Shown here: one piece after another, positions 55,831 to 64,000 of the stretch
Position numbering within the stretch: position 1 is the stretch's first letter
Layout: each line of letters starts with the position of its first letter
DNA from: a virus
IMG/VR virus record: IMGVR_UViG_3300028384_000422
Span: 19,858 to 83,857 of that record
DNA length: 64,000 nucleotides
Direction: 5' to 3' (one strand)
The notes under the pieces: generated by a model
Seen by the model: only the letters and a program-made list of their open reading frames with translations
The model's database searches: none
What the model was told of the DNA's origin: nothing
Position numbers and translations under genes: made by a program

Positions 55831-55904
55831 TGGAGAATAGGAGACTCGAACTCCTGACATCCTGCTTGCAAAGCAGGCGCTCTACCAGACTGAGCTAATT
55901 CCCC
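55831..55904 (-). tRNA. trnA: tRNA-Ala(TGC)
   Basis: GGGGAATTAGCTCAG...TT-TGC-AA...GTTCGAGTC; G3:U70 identity pair. Confidence 0.95.
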
Positions 55905-55979
55905 TGGAGCCTAATGTCAGATTTGAACTGACGACCTACGCTTTACAAAAGCGTTGCTCTACCACTGAGCTAATCAGGC
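55905..55979 (-). tRNA. trnT: tRNA-Thr(TGT), CCA encoded
   Basis: GCCTGATTAGCTCAGTGGTAGAGC...TT-TGT-AA...GTTCAAATC...AGGCTCCA. Confidence 0.95.
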
Positions 55980-55981
55980 AA

Positions 55982-56066
55982 TAGGAACGGAGAGACTTGA
56001 ACTCTCACGAGCATAATGCTCAACAGATTTTAAGTCTGGTGCGTCTACCTATTCCGCCACGCTCCC
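55982..56066 (-). tRNA. trnL: tRNA-Leu(TAA)
   Basis: GGGAGCGTGGCGGAATAGGTAGACGC...CT-TAA-AA, long variable arm, GTTCAAGTC. Confidence 0.95.
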
Positions 56067-56258
56067 ATCAATGTAAAGCACCCCAATTTGTTTGGTGTTA
56101 CCAATTTCCCAGGTAGGAGGATGAAAAGCACAATACTCGTTAAAGGTGATTTTCATCTCCTTGTCTGTCAGATTGCAGTTTCTTGCTGCCTTTGGTAAGT
56201 TCCATTTGGCGGACCAAAGGTTTTCCATTGATTCGCGAGTTTCAGGTCTCATTGACAT
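56049..56258 (-). CDS. Hypothetical protein (3' end runs into tRNA-Leu)
   Basis: ORF track. Confidence 0.6.
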   Translation of the reverse strand: MSMRPETRESMENLWSAKWNLPKAARNCNLTDKEMKITFNEYCAFHPPTWEIGNTKQIGVLYIDGSVAE

Positions 56259-56463
56259 CTTCGATAAAGTTTTTACGAAACTCTTCTACCTGATTTTGAA
56301 TTTCTTCAGATACAGGAGGAATTTCGTTAACAGGAACCATCATAACAGATTTACCATCAGAACGAGTAATTTTCCAGATAACTCTTTGAGAATCGGTCAA
56401 ATCCACCATGAATTCTAGATACTGTTCTGCTTGTTCCTCAGTGACTCCGATAGGTCCAATCAT
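56242..56463 (-). CDS. Phd/YefM-like small protein (tentative)
   Basis: VTEEQAEQYLEFMVDLT...IWKITRSDGKSVMMVP resembles the Phd N-terminal fold. Confidence 0.45.
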   Translation of the reverse strand: MIGPIGVTEEQAEQYLEFMVDLTDSQRVIWKITRSDGKSVMMVPVNEIPPVSEEIQNQVEEFRKNFIEDVNET

Positions 56464-56657
56464 TGGGTCGCAAATGAATATGTAATAAGGTTGTGATCTA
56501 CTTGATCTTGGATCCCGCTGACAGTTTCAGCAAATCCTTCGGATCCTTCATCATCCCATTTCCAGGTTACAGTCTTATCATAACCTTCGTCGTCAACAAT
56601 TGTCACAGAGCGTTTTGAGAAGTTGATGAAGATGTGCTCAACGCTAGTTTCTTGCAT
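56460..56657 (-). CDS. Hypothetical protein
   Basis: ORF track; first gene after a consensus promoter. Confidence 0.65.
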   Translation of the reverse strand: MQETSVEHIFINFSKRSVTIVDDEGYDKTVTWKWDDEGSEGFAETVSGIQDQVDHNLITYSFATQ

Positions 56658-56680
56658 TGGGTTGCCTTGTTTACCTCCAT

Positions 56681-56709
56681 ATTATAGAGCATAAGCAGGC
56701 GGGTGTCAA
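56681..56709 (-). promoter_or_regulatory. Consensus sigma70 promoter TTGACA-N17-TATAAT upstream of small ORFs and the tRNA cluster
   Basis: Exact consensus; the -35 contains the gp5 TGA stop. Confidence 0.85.
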
Positions 56710-59090
56710 GAGGTCGATTCGGTTGAGAGAGCAGATCCTCCGATGAACTGGCGAAGTTCGCCGTCATTCATCTTTTCATTATATAGTGCCTTTGGATTAG
56801 CAAGAGAAATTCTATAGTCTTTGTACAGATCGATTTGTCCAGTATGGTAATGATGTTCGTAATTACCACCCACAGTAACACTTCTCTTACCTCTAAGTGC
56901 TTTAGGATATGTTGGGTTCTCTACACCAATCAATTCTAAAAGGTGTGGAGTGACAACTTGAATACTACTTTGAGTATGTAAAGAGATATCCAATCCACTC
57001 ATAACCTGAACATCATTAGTGTTCTCATAGAAACTACCAGTGAATCTACTCTTAGTTGCGGATAGATCTAATTCACTGCTCTGGAAATGGAACTTAGCAC
57101 CAACAACACTCATATCAACATCAGATCCAAACTTCAATGCATGACGCTGAATCTTACCCGATGCTTTCGGTGATCCTTCAGCACTGAGGAAGAATCCTCC
57201 ACCAACTTCTAAGTGACAATCACCTGTAATCTTAAGGAAGTAATCACCATCAATAGATACTGCCTGGTGTCCACTAACTAACTTACAGTCATCACCATGG
57301 ACTTCCTGAGTCAATGTGCCAGCGTAAGTGATATGATCTGCAACCAGAGATCCAGTGTCACCTTTACCTCCAGTCTGTTTCTTACGAAACTCTTCTACCG
57401 CTGCTTCAATTTCTGCTGCTGTAGCATTTGGGTTTTCTTTCTTGAATGTATCTCTAGCAATCTTCTCAGCAAAGTGGGAGTTATTTAATACCAATGATGT
57501 ATGTGTTGTGCCATTACATCTTTTACTAACGTCCGCTTGACGACCAGGTGTACCTAACCATACATCATATGAACCGTTGACATGATTCTTTGCTGTAGAT
57601 AAGTATGGATCAGCATCTCTGAAGACTGAGGAGAATAAATCTGTCCCATCAGAAACAGATCCCCTCATCTTATTAAACATCTCCAGTTCCTGCATATCAC
57701 ATCTAGTGATACCAAACAAAGGATACCACCCAGCAGTCTTTGCAGCACCTTCAGGAGTTCTCTGGCACCCAGCGCCAAACTGACCCAACAGTTTGAAAAC
57801 AGGAGTCAGACTGACAAAACCATATTGTCCTCTATTGAATAGTGTTGTCAAGTTTTCAAATATAGTAAATCCTCTTTCCCAAGTGTCTAATAATAAATCA
57901 TCATTAGTATTCAGATCATTGACTTGATCTTTAATTTTCTTTGTAAGATCGCCAATCTCTTTGATAAGGTCTGCTGTATCACCGAGAATCTTTTTATTGA
58001 TGGATTCTACTGCGCGAGCAACCATGGTAGGTTTATCTTGAGCACCAGTCAAATACTTATCGACAGATTCATCAACAACTTTCATCATATCATTTACATA
58101 GATGTTGAGCATATTGTCAACCTCACATGCTCTAGATAATATTTGTGTAATAGCAGCAGTTACTACTTTATACAGATTAAATGGTGTTCCTGTTGTTGAC
58201 AGCATTAACTGTGTCAACTTCAAATCTTCAGTCAGAGAGATCATTCCTTGACGAACTGATGATATTACTTGAGCATAGATGGTAGTAATATAATCTCTAA
58301 CAATACTAGTCAGTTCTTTCTTTGTAATCAGACGACCAGTCGTAAGATCTAAGTATTCACCACCTTCTGCTTTTACAATACTAGAACAACTATTACAAAG
58401 ATCCTCCAGTAGATATGATAACTTGTACTCCAGTGTCTTCCATGGTCCACCAATACCATTTGCAGCAGGAATTGGTTTCTCAGGATCTAATGGTTTGACA
58501 GGGTTCGTTGTGCCACCAGGTATATCAATACCAATATTCTTAGGGGATCCCATGCCACCCGTGATAGTCTTCACCTGTCCAGGATATGCTACAGCATTAC
58601 TATTAGACTGGCGATTGATTCTTGACGGTTTTACAGTATTTTTTTCAGCGGGATGAAGAGTTGAATTATTAATTACAATACCAGCGTCAGGAACAACGTT
58701 GGTAAATGCCATCTTACCTGTAGTTCTTGTAGATTCTGCTTTGTTTACACGCATAACACCCAAGACGACTGGCATTTGTGCCATGTCACCGTCCATAAAG
58801 AAACCCAAGACAATCGCACCAGGTTGCAGTTGACCAGAACTTTCACCCTGACCATCATTGCCAGGTTGAGAGGTGTGCTGCAATACTGTTGCCCAGGGCA
58901 AACTGTTAGTTGGTAAGTCAGCAAGAGTTCCTCCGCCGAAGTTGGTGTAGTATCCAAGACAACGAACTTTTACACGACCCAATTCCATGGGATCTTCGTT
59001 GTCTTCTACTTCTCCAACCCACCAGAAAAATCCGTCTTTACCAATAAAATTGGTATCAGGTTCATTTAGGATACCATCGACGATTGACAT
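56706..59090 (-). CDS. gp5: Baseplate hub/spike gp5-like protein (no lysozyme domain seen)
   Basis: FFWWVGEVEDNEDPMELGRVKVR...VLGFFMDG..QMPVVLG OB-fold; C-term VxGD beta-helix repeats. Confidence 0.85.
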   Translation of the reverse strand: MSIVDGILNEPDTNFIGKDGFFWWVGEVEDNEDPMELGRVKVRCLGYYTNFGGGTLADLPTNSLPWATVLQHTSQPGNDGQGESSGQLQPGAIVLGFFMDGDMAQMPVVLGVMRVNKAESTRTTGKMAFTNVVPDAGIVINNSTLHPAEKNTVKPSRINRQSNSNAVAYPGQVKTITGGMGSPKNIGIDIPGGTTNPVKPLDPEKPIPAANGIGGPWKTLEYKLSYLLEDLCNSCSSIVKAEGGEYLDLTTGRLITKKELTSIVRDYITTIYAQVISSVRQGMISLTEDLKLTQLMLSTTGTPFNLYKVVTAAITQILSRACEVDNMLNIYVNDMMKVVDESVDKYLTGAQDKPTMVARAVESINKKILGDTADLIKEIGDLTKKIKDQVNDLNTNDDLLLDTWERGFTIFENLTTLFNRGQYGFVSLTPVFKLLGQFGAGCQRTPEGAAKTAGWYPLFGITRCDMQELEMFNKMRGSVSDGTDLFSSVFRDADPYLSTAKNHVNGSYDVWLGTPGRQADVSKRCNGTTHTSLVLNNSHFAEKIARDTFKKENPNATAAEIEAAVEEFRKKQTGGKGDTGSLVADHITYAGTLTQEVHGDDCKLVSGHQAVSIDGDYFLKITGDCHLEVGGGFFLSAEGSPKASGKIQRHALKFGSDVDMSVVGAKFHFQSSELDLSATKSRFTGSFYENTNDVQVMSGLDISLHTQSSIQVVTPHLLELIGVENPTYPKALRGKRSVTVGGNYEHHYHTGQIDLYKDYRISLANPKALYNEKMNDGELRQFIGGSALSTESTS

Positions 59091-59261
59091 CTATTCCGAG
59101 ACTTTTCTAGTATTTATGACATATGACTTAAATGAGTCTGCCATATCTCTATAACCAAGACCAACGTATATTTGACCTGAGACTACTGCAACTGTAGCAG
59201 CGCCCCAAAACCAATAATACCACTGTGTTTTTACTTGATGTAGTTGTTTTCTTTTAGCCAT
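59091..59261 (-). CDS. Small membrane protein (56 aa)
   Basis: MAKRKQLHQVKTQWYYWFWGAATVAVVSGQIYVGLGYRDMA...; contains ATAAATA (59111-59117) upstream of gp5. Confidence 0.55.
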   Translation of the reverse strand: MAKRKQLHQVKTQWYYWFWGAATVAVVSGQIYVGLGYRDMADSFKSYVINTRKVSE

Positions 59262-59929
59262 TTCTTTGTCAAAGGTGTTGGTTCATAGTCAGTCCACATA
59301 GTACCGCGAGCACAAGACTTTAGGGCTCTCTGTGTCATGCCTTCAGTCTTACCTGCCCAGGTTGCTTCTTTCTCCCAAGGGATAGCATGAGGCATAAGAG
59401 CATATGCTCTCCGTGCCATCTCTGCCCAAATCTCAGGCACATCTTCCTCATTTTTAATGATGGCAATCATATTATTTTTAATAGTGCCTGCCATACAATC
59501 TTGTGCAGCGTGCCAACCTTCGTGTCTGACTACACTCATTAGGACATGAGGACGATACACAAAGCTTTTATTCAAATAGAAGTGATTACTCACAGTATGA
59601 TAAACACCACGATGACCAACAGGGAAATACTTTTCATCAGCAAGGTGAACATCAACACCAATCTGCCTGAAAGCAATCATAATCTGATCGAACTCATCTT
59701 TGACTGCATCCCAATCTGAATCAGGAAATGCTGCACGAAGATCGCCAGATGAGTAGATGCGTTCTATATCTTTAGTACAGTCTTTTACAAGCATACAACC
59801 CATAGCATCCATGGTGTAGTATCCTTTAGTTGGTTCTGCATTTACTGCAACACCATGTGCCAAACCAAACATCAATCCAGAAAGGATTGCATTACGCAGT
59901 TTCATCAGAGTCTCCTTCGAGGTAATCAA
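59231..59929 (-). CDS. Putative exported zincin-like protein (HExxH)
   Basis: Signal-like N-terminus; VVRHEGWHAAQDC and downstream EKEA. Confidence 0.6.
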   Translation of the reverse strand: MITSKETLMKLRNAILSGLMFGLAHGVAVNAEPTKGYYTMDAMGCMLVKDCTKDIERIYSSGDLRAAFPDSDWDAVKDEFDQIMIAFRQIGVDVHLADEKYFPVGHRGVYHTVSNHFYLNKSFVYRPHVLMSVVRHEGWHAAQDCMAGTIKNNMIAIIKNEEDVPEIWAEMARRAYALMPHAIPWEKEATWAGKTEGMTQRALKSCARGTMWTDYEPTPLTKKWLKENNYIK

Positions 59930-60374
59930 AAATCATGTTATGGTTTTTAGAACCCCAAATCATATTACCATCAGAATCATATCCTTGATCACAAGTATGA
60001 ATTTTGCTGCCAAACAATTTCATTTCAGAGTGAACACGGTTTCCATCAGAACTAATACAACTATCACCAACAACAGAACCTATCCATTGCTCGCCGTTGT
60101 ATACAAACATCATATCACAATTTTCTGATCTAGTCCAGTCAGTATGGTAGTTCTCAACAATTACTTTAGTATCGGATACTTGATTAATCTTATGATATCT
60201 TTCCCTATATGGAGAGTTAGGGGTCTTTCTATAAAAGTTCTTAGAACGCAATCCACCAGGAATCCGATCCCATACAAGTTCTACGGAAGAGAATAATAGA
60301 GGATCGGATTGTGCTTGTGATACGTTAGTCCAATGTCCAAGCAAGTAAGACTCAAAGCTCATTTTCTGAACCAC
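59892..60374 (-). CDS. cpeT: CpcT/CpeT-type phycobiliprotein lyase (auxiliary metabolic gene)
   Basis: GHWTNVSQAQSDP, PYRER, CDMMF, DQGYDSDGNMIWGS motifs. Confidence 0.88.
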   Translation of the reverse strand: MVQKMSFESYLLGHWTNVSQAQSDPLLFSSVELVWDRIPGGLRSKNFYRKTPNSPYRERYHKINQVSDTKVIVENYHTDWTRSENCDMMFVYNGEQWIGSVVGDSCISSDGNRVHSEMKLFGSKIHTCDQGYDSDGNMIWGSKNHNMIFDYLEGDSDETA

Positions 60375-60384
60375 TCACATGGTT

Positions 60385-60413
60385 ATTATAAAGGGATATC
60401 AATTAAATGTCAA
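60385..60413 (-). promoter_or_regulatory. Consensus sigma70 promoter TTGACA-N17-TATAAT for cpeT
   Basis: Exact consensus; the -35 contains the cp12 TGA stop. Confidence 0.85.
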
Positions 60414-60637
60414 TCGTCATAGATCAGACATTCTGGTTCTGAAGGGTTTTGATCACAATAAAGTTCTAGGTAAGTAGGATCGTGATGATCTCCCGCTTCA
60501 ATTTCTTTTTTATGGTGCTCGACGTACTCCTCTAGATCATGCAATTCACCTTCAATGTGACGACGCATTTGAGGATTTGTATTGGGATTATCGAGAATTT
60601 CCTTATCCTTCTCGATGTGTTGTTCGATGTTGTCCAT
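60410..60637 (-). CDS. cp12: CP12 Calvin-cycle inhibitor (phage type)
   Basis: C-term DPTYLELYCDQNPSEPECLIYDD; no N-terminal Cys pair. Confidence 0.92.
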   Translation of the reverse strand: MDNIEQHIEKDKEILDNPNTNPQMRRHIEGELHDLEEYVEHHKKEIEAGDHHDPTYLELYCDQNPSEPECLIYDD

Positions 60638-60666
60638 AGATCTGTATACTAGCGATACGTTATTAT

Positions 60667-62028
60667 TTATTTGAGAATAGAGTCTTTCATTAACTCCACC
60701 TCAGTTTGCATTTTACCCACCGTGGCTGAATGTGTCAACCGAACTATCAGATAACGCCCACTATATCGTCTATCAACCTGCATATTTTCACTAGACTTAA
60801 ACGTTGCTGGAAGTGATAAGTCAATTCCAGATCCAACATATAGATCTAAGTTACCAGGCATATGTGCAAGACATTTAATATTTTTCAATGCTTCATAACG
60901 TAAGTATTGATATGCTTGTAATTCTACTAATTCTCTATAGTTAGACTGAGGATTATTTTTATACTTTTGATCAAATCCTTGTGATGGGAGCATACAATAT
61001 CGAACTCTTTTTGGTGTATAATATTCTTTTTGAACATTCCTATCCATCTGAGTAATCGGATTAACTGTAATATCACCATCTAAGTGAGACATCTTATCCC
61101 AAATATCTCCGAGATTATATTCATACGCACCTTTGAGCATATCAGTACTGAGTCCCATAGCAGATCCAGAAATATCAACAGGATCAAATCCCACACTATA
61201 TCCTGCTAAATTACCGTTTCTTAAGGCACGAACTTTATTTGCCTCTTCAGGAAAACTAATACCATTCAATGATAAGTGATCAAGATCTTCAGAAATATTT
61301 TTTGGTGCTAATGAATATCGATATAATTTTCGTTTGTCTACTCTTTCAACAGTTTGTTCCTCATATTGATTATTAATACTATCAATGATATTATCGATAG
61401 ACTTGAAATTATATCCCAAAGCGTTTTCATAAAACATGAATCCATTTTGGAGTTGATTGCCTTTTGCAGATTTACGAATACTTCTTTCAGCAATCCAATA
61501 AATTGTATCTAATGGTCTCCAGTTAGGAATGATGAATGAATGTTGAGAAACAGTTTCCTCAGCAAAAACATTTTTAGTAGTTTTTAAATATTTTTTCATC
61601 AAAGTCGAGACGATCTCCTCAGACTTTGTTTTACCATCAAAAATCAACTCTGATGCACCAAAGACATTCACAGTTTCATTCTTTAGATAATCAGTTGATA
61701 ATCCATTAACCATAAACGTTTGTGAACCAACATCCTGTGTTCTACTAGTAATACCTGTACATCTAAAGAGATATGTTCTATCGATTAAAGATGTGAACAC
61801 CTCTAATTTTATTGTCTCACTACCAGTGAATATTGCTTGAATACCAGCAGCATCAGAAAATACAAATTCTGCTTCCATTGAGGCAAGAGTAATATCCTCA
61901 ACAATTGACCATCCAGAACAGAACTGAGTTAATTGGAAAGCAGCATCATCGTTAGAGAGACGTTCATCATCACGAAAGACACTTAATTTCCATTCGCATT
62001 CTCCTGGGGACTGTCTTTGAATTGTCAT
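60667..62028 (-). CDS. Baseplate hub protein, gp27-like
   Basis: PNWRPLDTIYWIA, FMFYENALGYNFKSID, PGNLDLYVG, YSGRYLIVRLTH. Confidence 0.65.
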   Translation of the reverse strand: MTIQRQSPGECEWKLSVFRDDERLSNDDAAFQLTQFCSGWSIVEDITLASMEAEFVFSDAAGIQAIFTGSETIKLEVFTSLIDRTYLFRCTGITSRTQDVGSQTFMVNGLSTDYLKNETVNVFGASELIFDGKTKSEEIVSTLMKKYLKTTKNVFAEETVSQHSFIIPNWRPLDTIYWIAERSIRKSAKGNQLQNGFMFYENALGYNFKSIDNIIDSINNQYEEQTVERVDKRKLYRYSLAPKNISEDLDHLSLNGISFPEEANKVRALRNGNLAGYSVGFDPVDISGSAMGLSTDMLKGAYEYNLGDIWDKMSHLDGDITVNPITQMDRNVQKEYYTPKRVRYCMLPSQGFDQKYKNNPQSNYRELVELQAYQYLRYEALKNIKCLAHMPGNLDLYVGSGIDLSLPATFKSSENMQVDRRYSGRYLIVRLTHSATVGKMQTEVELMKDSILK

Positions 62029-64000
62029 GCGAATAAACCTCCACCTTTATTCATACCAGAACTGAGAATTTGAGACATAGCATTGCCAACCGATTGTGCA
62101 ATTTTATTACCAGATCCACCTACAGCACCACCAGCAGATCCTTGACCTGCACCGATGTTAGCAATGGCAGATTGTGCAGCAGCAACAGATGCTCTTACTT
62201 GTGCATTTGCTTGTTCTACTGCTGCCATGGTCTGCTGAACAGTTTGCTGAGAACGTCGATTCATTTCCGCTCTAGCAATAGACCTTTCTCTGGTAACCTT
62301 CATAATCTCATATTTATTTCTCCTATTTTCCTCATCTGGTTTCTTAGCTAGACCAGCACCACCAGTGCCACCTGTTTTTCCACCAAAACCAAATAACTCC
62401 ATCAAAGGACTTCCTGTCATTAGTCTTTCCATACTCGATCCTTGCATTCCATGTTCAGAAACACCACCAGATCCGCCACCTGCGGCTACTAAACTAGTCA
62501 ATGTAGGAAGTCTACCACCACTCTTTCCAGCAGTGCTTCGTCCACCACCACTTTTAGACATTGATGGCATTCTAAACTTAGGTGCAGATGATCCACCACC
62601 AAAACCACCTCCAGCAGTTTGTTGACCTCCTCCACCTAAGAATGGATTTCTCATTGTAATATTATCTCCACCATCCGCTTCATTACTACCAAGTCCAGAG
62701 AAGTTCTTGATTAGGTCCATGTATTTAGTACTACCAAATCCACCTACAGTTCCACCCATCAATCCACCAAGACCTTGACCTTCTATATCTCTCTTTGCTG
62801 CTTGATATTGTGTTTGACTCATTCCACCTGCACCAGCATCTTGTGATCCTCCACCCTCTCCTGTAGCAGCTTCTTGCCCTAAAGGATTAGCAACTTTCGC
62901 CTTTGCAACTGCAACGTGCAGGTGAGGAATTCCATAGTTTCCAGGTGACTTTCTCTTCTTACCATATTGCCAAGCACCCCAATCGTTATACATGATAGAT
63001 TGAAGTTTCAAATTCTGTCTTGCAGAATATAATGATTCGGCAAAACTCTGCATTGCAGACTTCTGCTTTTCTTGGTCACCCTGATAACTTGCAATATCAA
63101 CTGCAAGACCCATCTGGTGAACAGGATTAGCAGATACTGCTTCTCTACCACCAGGGGAGAAACCTTTGCTGTTAGGTCCTTCCTCACTCCAGTTATTTCT
63201 TCTGAAGAATCGGTTGTTGAATACTGTTAAACCTCGTGTCAGTGCATCTTGACCAATTTCTTTTGCCTTGTTTGGTCCAGCACCATCAAGTGCAATCTGC
63301 CCATCTTCACCAGTAGCACCCTCCATGCCATACTGATTTGTCCCCTGAGCAGCTCCAGCAAGTCCACCAAGTGCTTTTTGCTGCCCGCTGGTTAGCAGAC
63401 TCATAGGATCTGCTTGTCCCATAGCAACTGCTAACAGATGGGGGAGTTTTCCACCCATGATTCCTTGCTTACCAAACAGATGGAGACCTCTTGCTACCAG
63501 TTCGGGTAATTTCTCACCAAAAGTCTTACCATCTTGCTTGAATAACAAATCACCGATATTAGTTGCACCATTTATAAAATCTTGTGCATCTCTACCAAAG
63601 ATTTTCTTACCTTTAAGGAAATTAAATGCAACGCCAGCACCACCACGAAGAATATCGTACCAGCTTGCAGAACCATCTTCATTACTTCCGCCACCACCTA
63701 GGATGGTCTGGAATAAATTACCGATAGCATTACCAGTGCCTTGAGCACCAAATAATCCACCGATCATGGATCCAAGTGCGCCACCTTGCTTAGAAAGACC
63801 TTTAATTACACCACCAAAACCACCCTTGATTCCACCATCTTCGTTATAATCAAAACCAAATAACTTATTACCCGTAACCATTGTGGCATACTTGGTTCCA
63901 TTCACCAAAGGACCCAATCCAGAGGTCTCATCACCACTTCTATATCTCTGTTCACCGCCACCAAATATATTGCCAAAATTAAACGATGGTGCCGAACCAC
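62025..64000 (-). CDS. Long Gly-rich virion protein (5' truncated) with a Zn-peptidase-like domain
   Basis: Frame stays open to the window edge beyond the track's TTG; HQMGLAVDI...HLHVA motif. Confidence 0.7.
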   Translation of the reverse strand, partial: GSAPSFNFGNIFGGGEQRYRSGDETSGLGPLVNGTKYATMVTGNKLFGFDYNEDGGIKGGFGGVIKGLSKQGGALGSMIGGLFGAQGTGNAIGNLFQTILGGGGSNEDGSASWYDILRGGAGVAFNFLKGKKIFGRDAQDFINGATNIGDLLFKQDGKTFGEKLPELVARGLHLFGKQGIMGGKLPHLLAVAMGQADPMSLLTSGQQKALGGLAGAAQGTNQYGMEGATGEDGQIALDGAGPNKAKEIGQDALTRGLTVFNNRFFRRNNWSEEGPNSKGFSPGGREAVSANPVHQMGLAVDIASYQGDQEKQKSAMQSFAESLYSARQNLKLQSIMYNDWGAWQYGKKRKSPGNYGIPHLHVAVAKAKVANPLGQEAATGEGGGSQDAGAGGMSQTQYQAAKRDIEGQGLGGLMGGTVGGFGSTKYMDLIKNFSGLGSNEADGGDNITMRNPFLGGGGQQTAGGGFGGGSSAPKFRMPSMSKSGGGRSTAGKSGGRLPTLTSLVAAGGGSGGVSEHGMQGSSMERLMTGSPLMELFGFGGKTGGTGGAGLAKKPDEENRRNKYEIMKVTRERSIARAEMNRRSQQTVQQTMAAVEQANAQVRASVAAAQSAIANIGAGQGSAGGAVGGSGNKIAQSVGNAMSQILSSGMNKGGGLFA

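Noticed and set aside
55647-55898. 83-aa plus-strand ORF
   Set aside because: Antisense to tRNA-Asn and tRNA-Ala
63915-63917. TTG start of the 630-aa ORF
   Set aside because: The frame stays open to position 64000, so the gene begins outside the window

Overview
A 64-kb segment of a T4-like cyanomyovirus (Synechococcus/Prochlorococcus-type host, inferred from cp12, cpeT, T4-type baseplate genes and ATAAATA late promoters). All credible genes lie on the minus strand. In transcription order (right to left): a truncated Gly-rich virion protein with a Zn-peptidase-like motif; a gp27-like hub; cp12; cpeT; gp5; four tRNAs (Leu-UAA, Thr-UGU, Ala-UGC, Asn-GUU); large structural/fibre genes; five paralogous receptor-binding-like genes; a tightly coupled late unit (beta-propeller fibre, two chaperone-like genes, a U32-family Fe-S protein fused to a SAM methyltransferase, a 2OG-Fe(II) oxygenase); a ~9-kb early region of small ORFs under a repeated 22-bp operator-like motif, ending in an origin-like non-coding zone; then gp25, gp6, a 6483-aa gp7-like protein, a gp9/gp10-like protein and a truncated YHYH-like protein. 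The last two carry apparently intact type-1 copper ligand sets. The best candidate for an undescribed system is the U32-methyltransferase/2OG cassette inside the fibre operon. Other highlights are copper-site virion domains, nested domain insertions in gp7, cyanobacterial-type DnaA boxes and an exact 27-bp inverted copy of an early promoter core 22 kb away. All family assignments are by eye from motifs; no searches were run.
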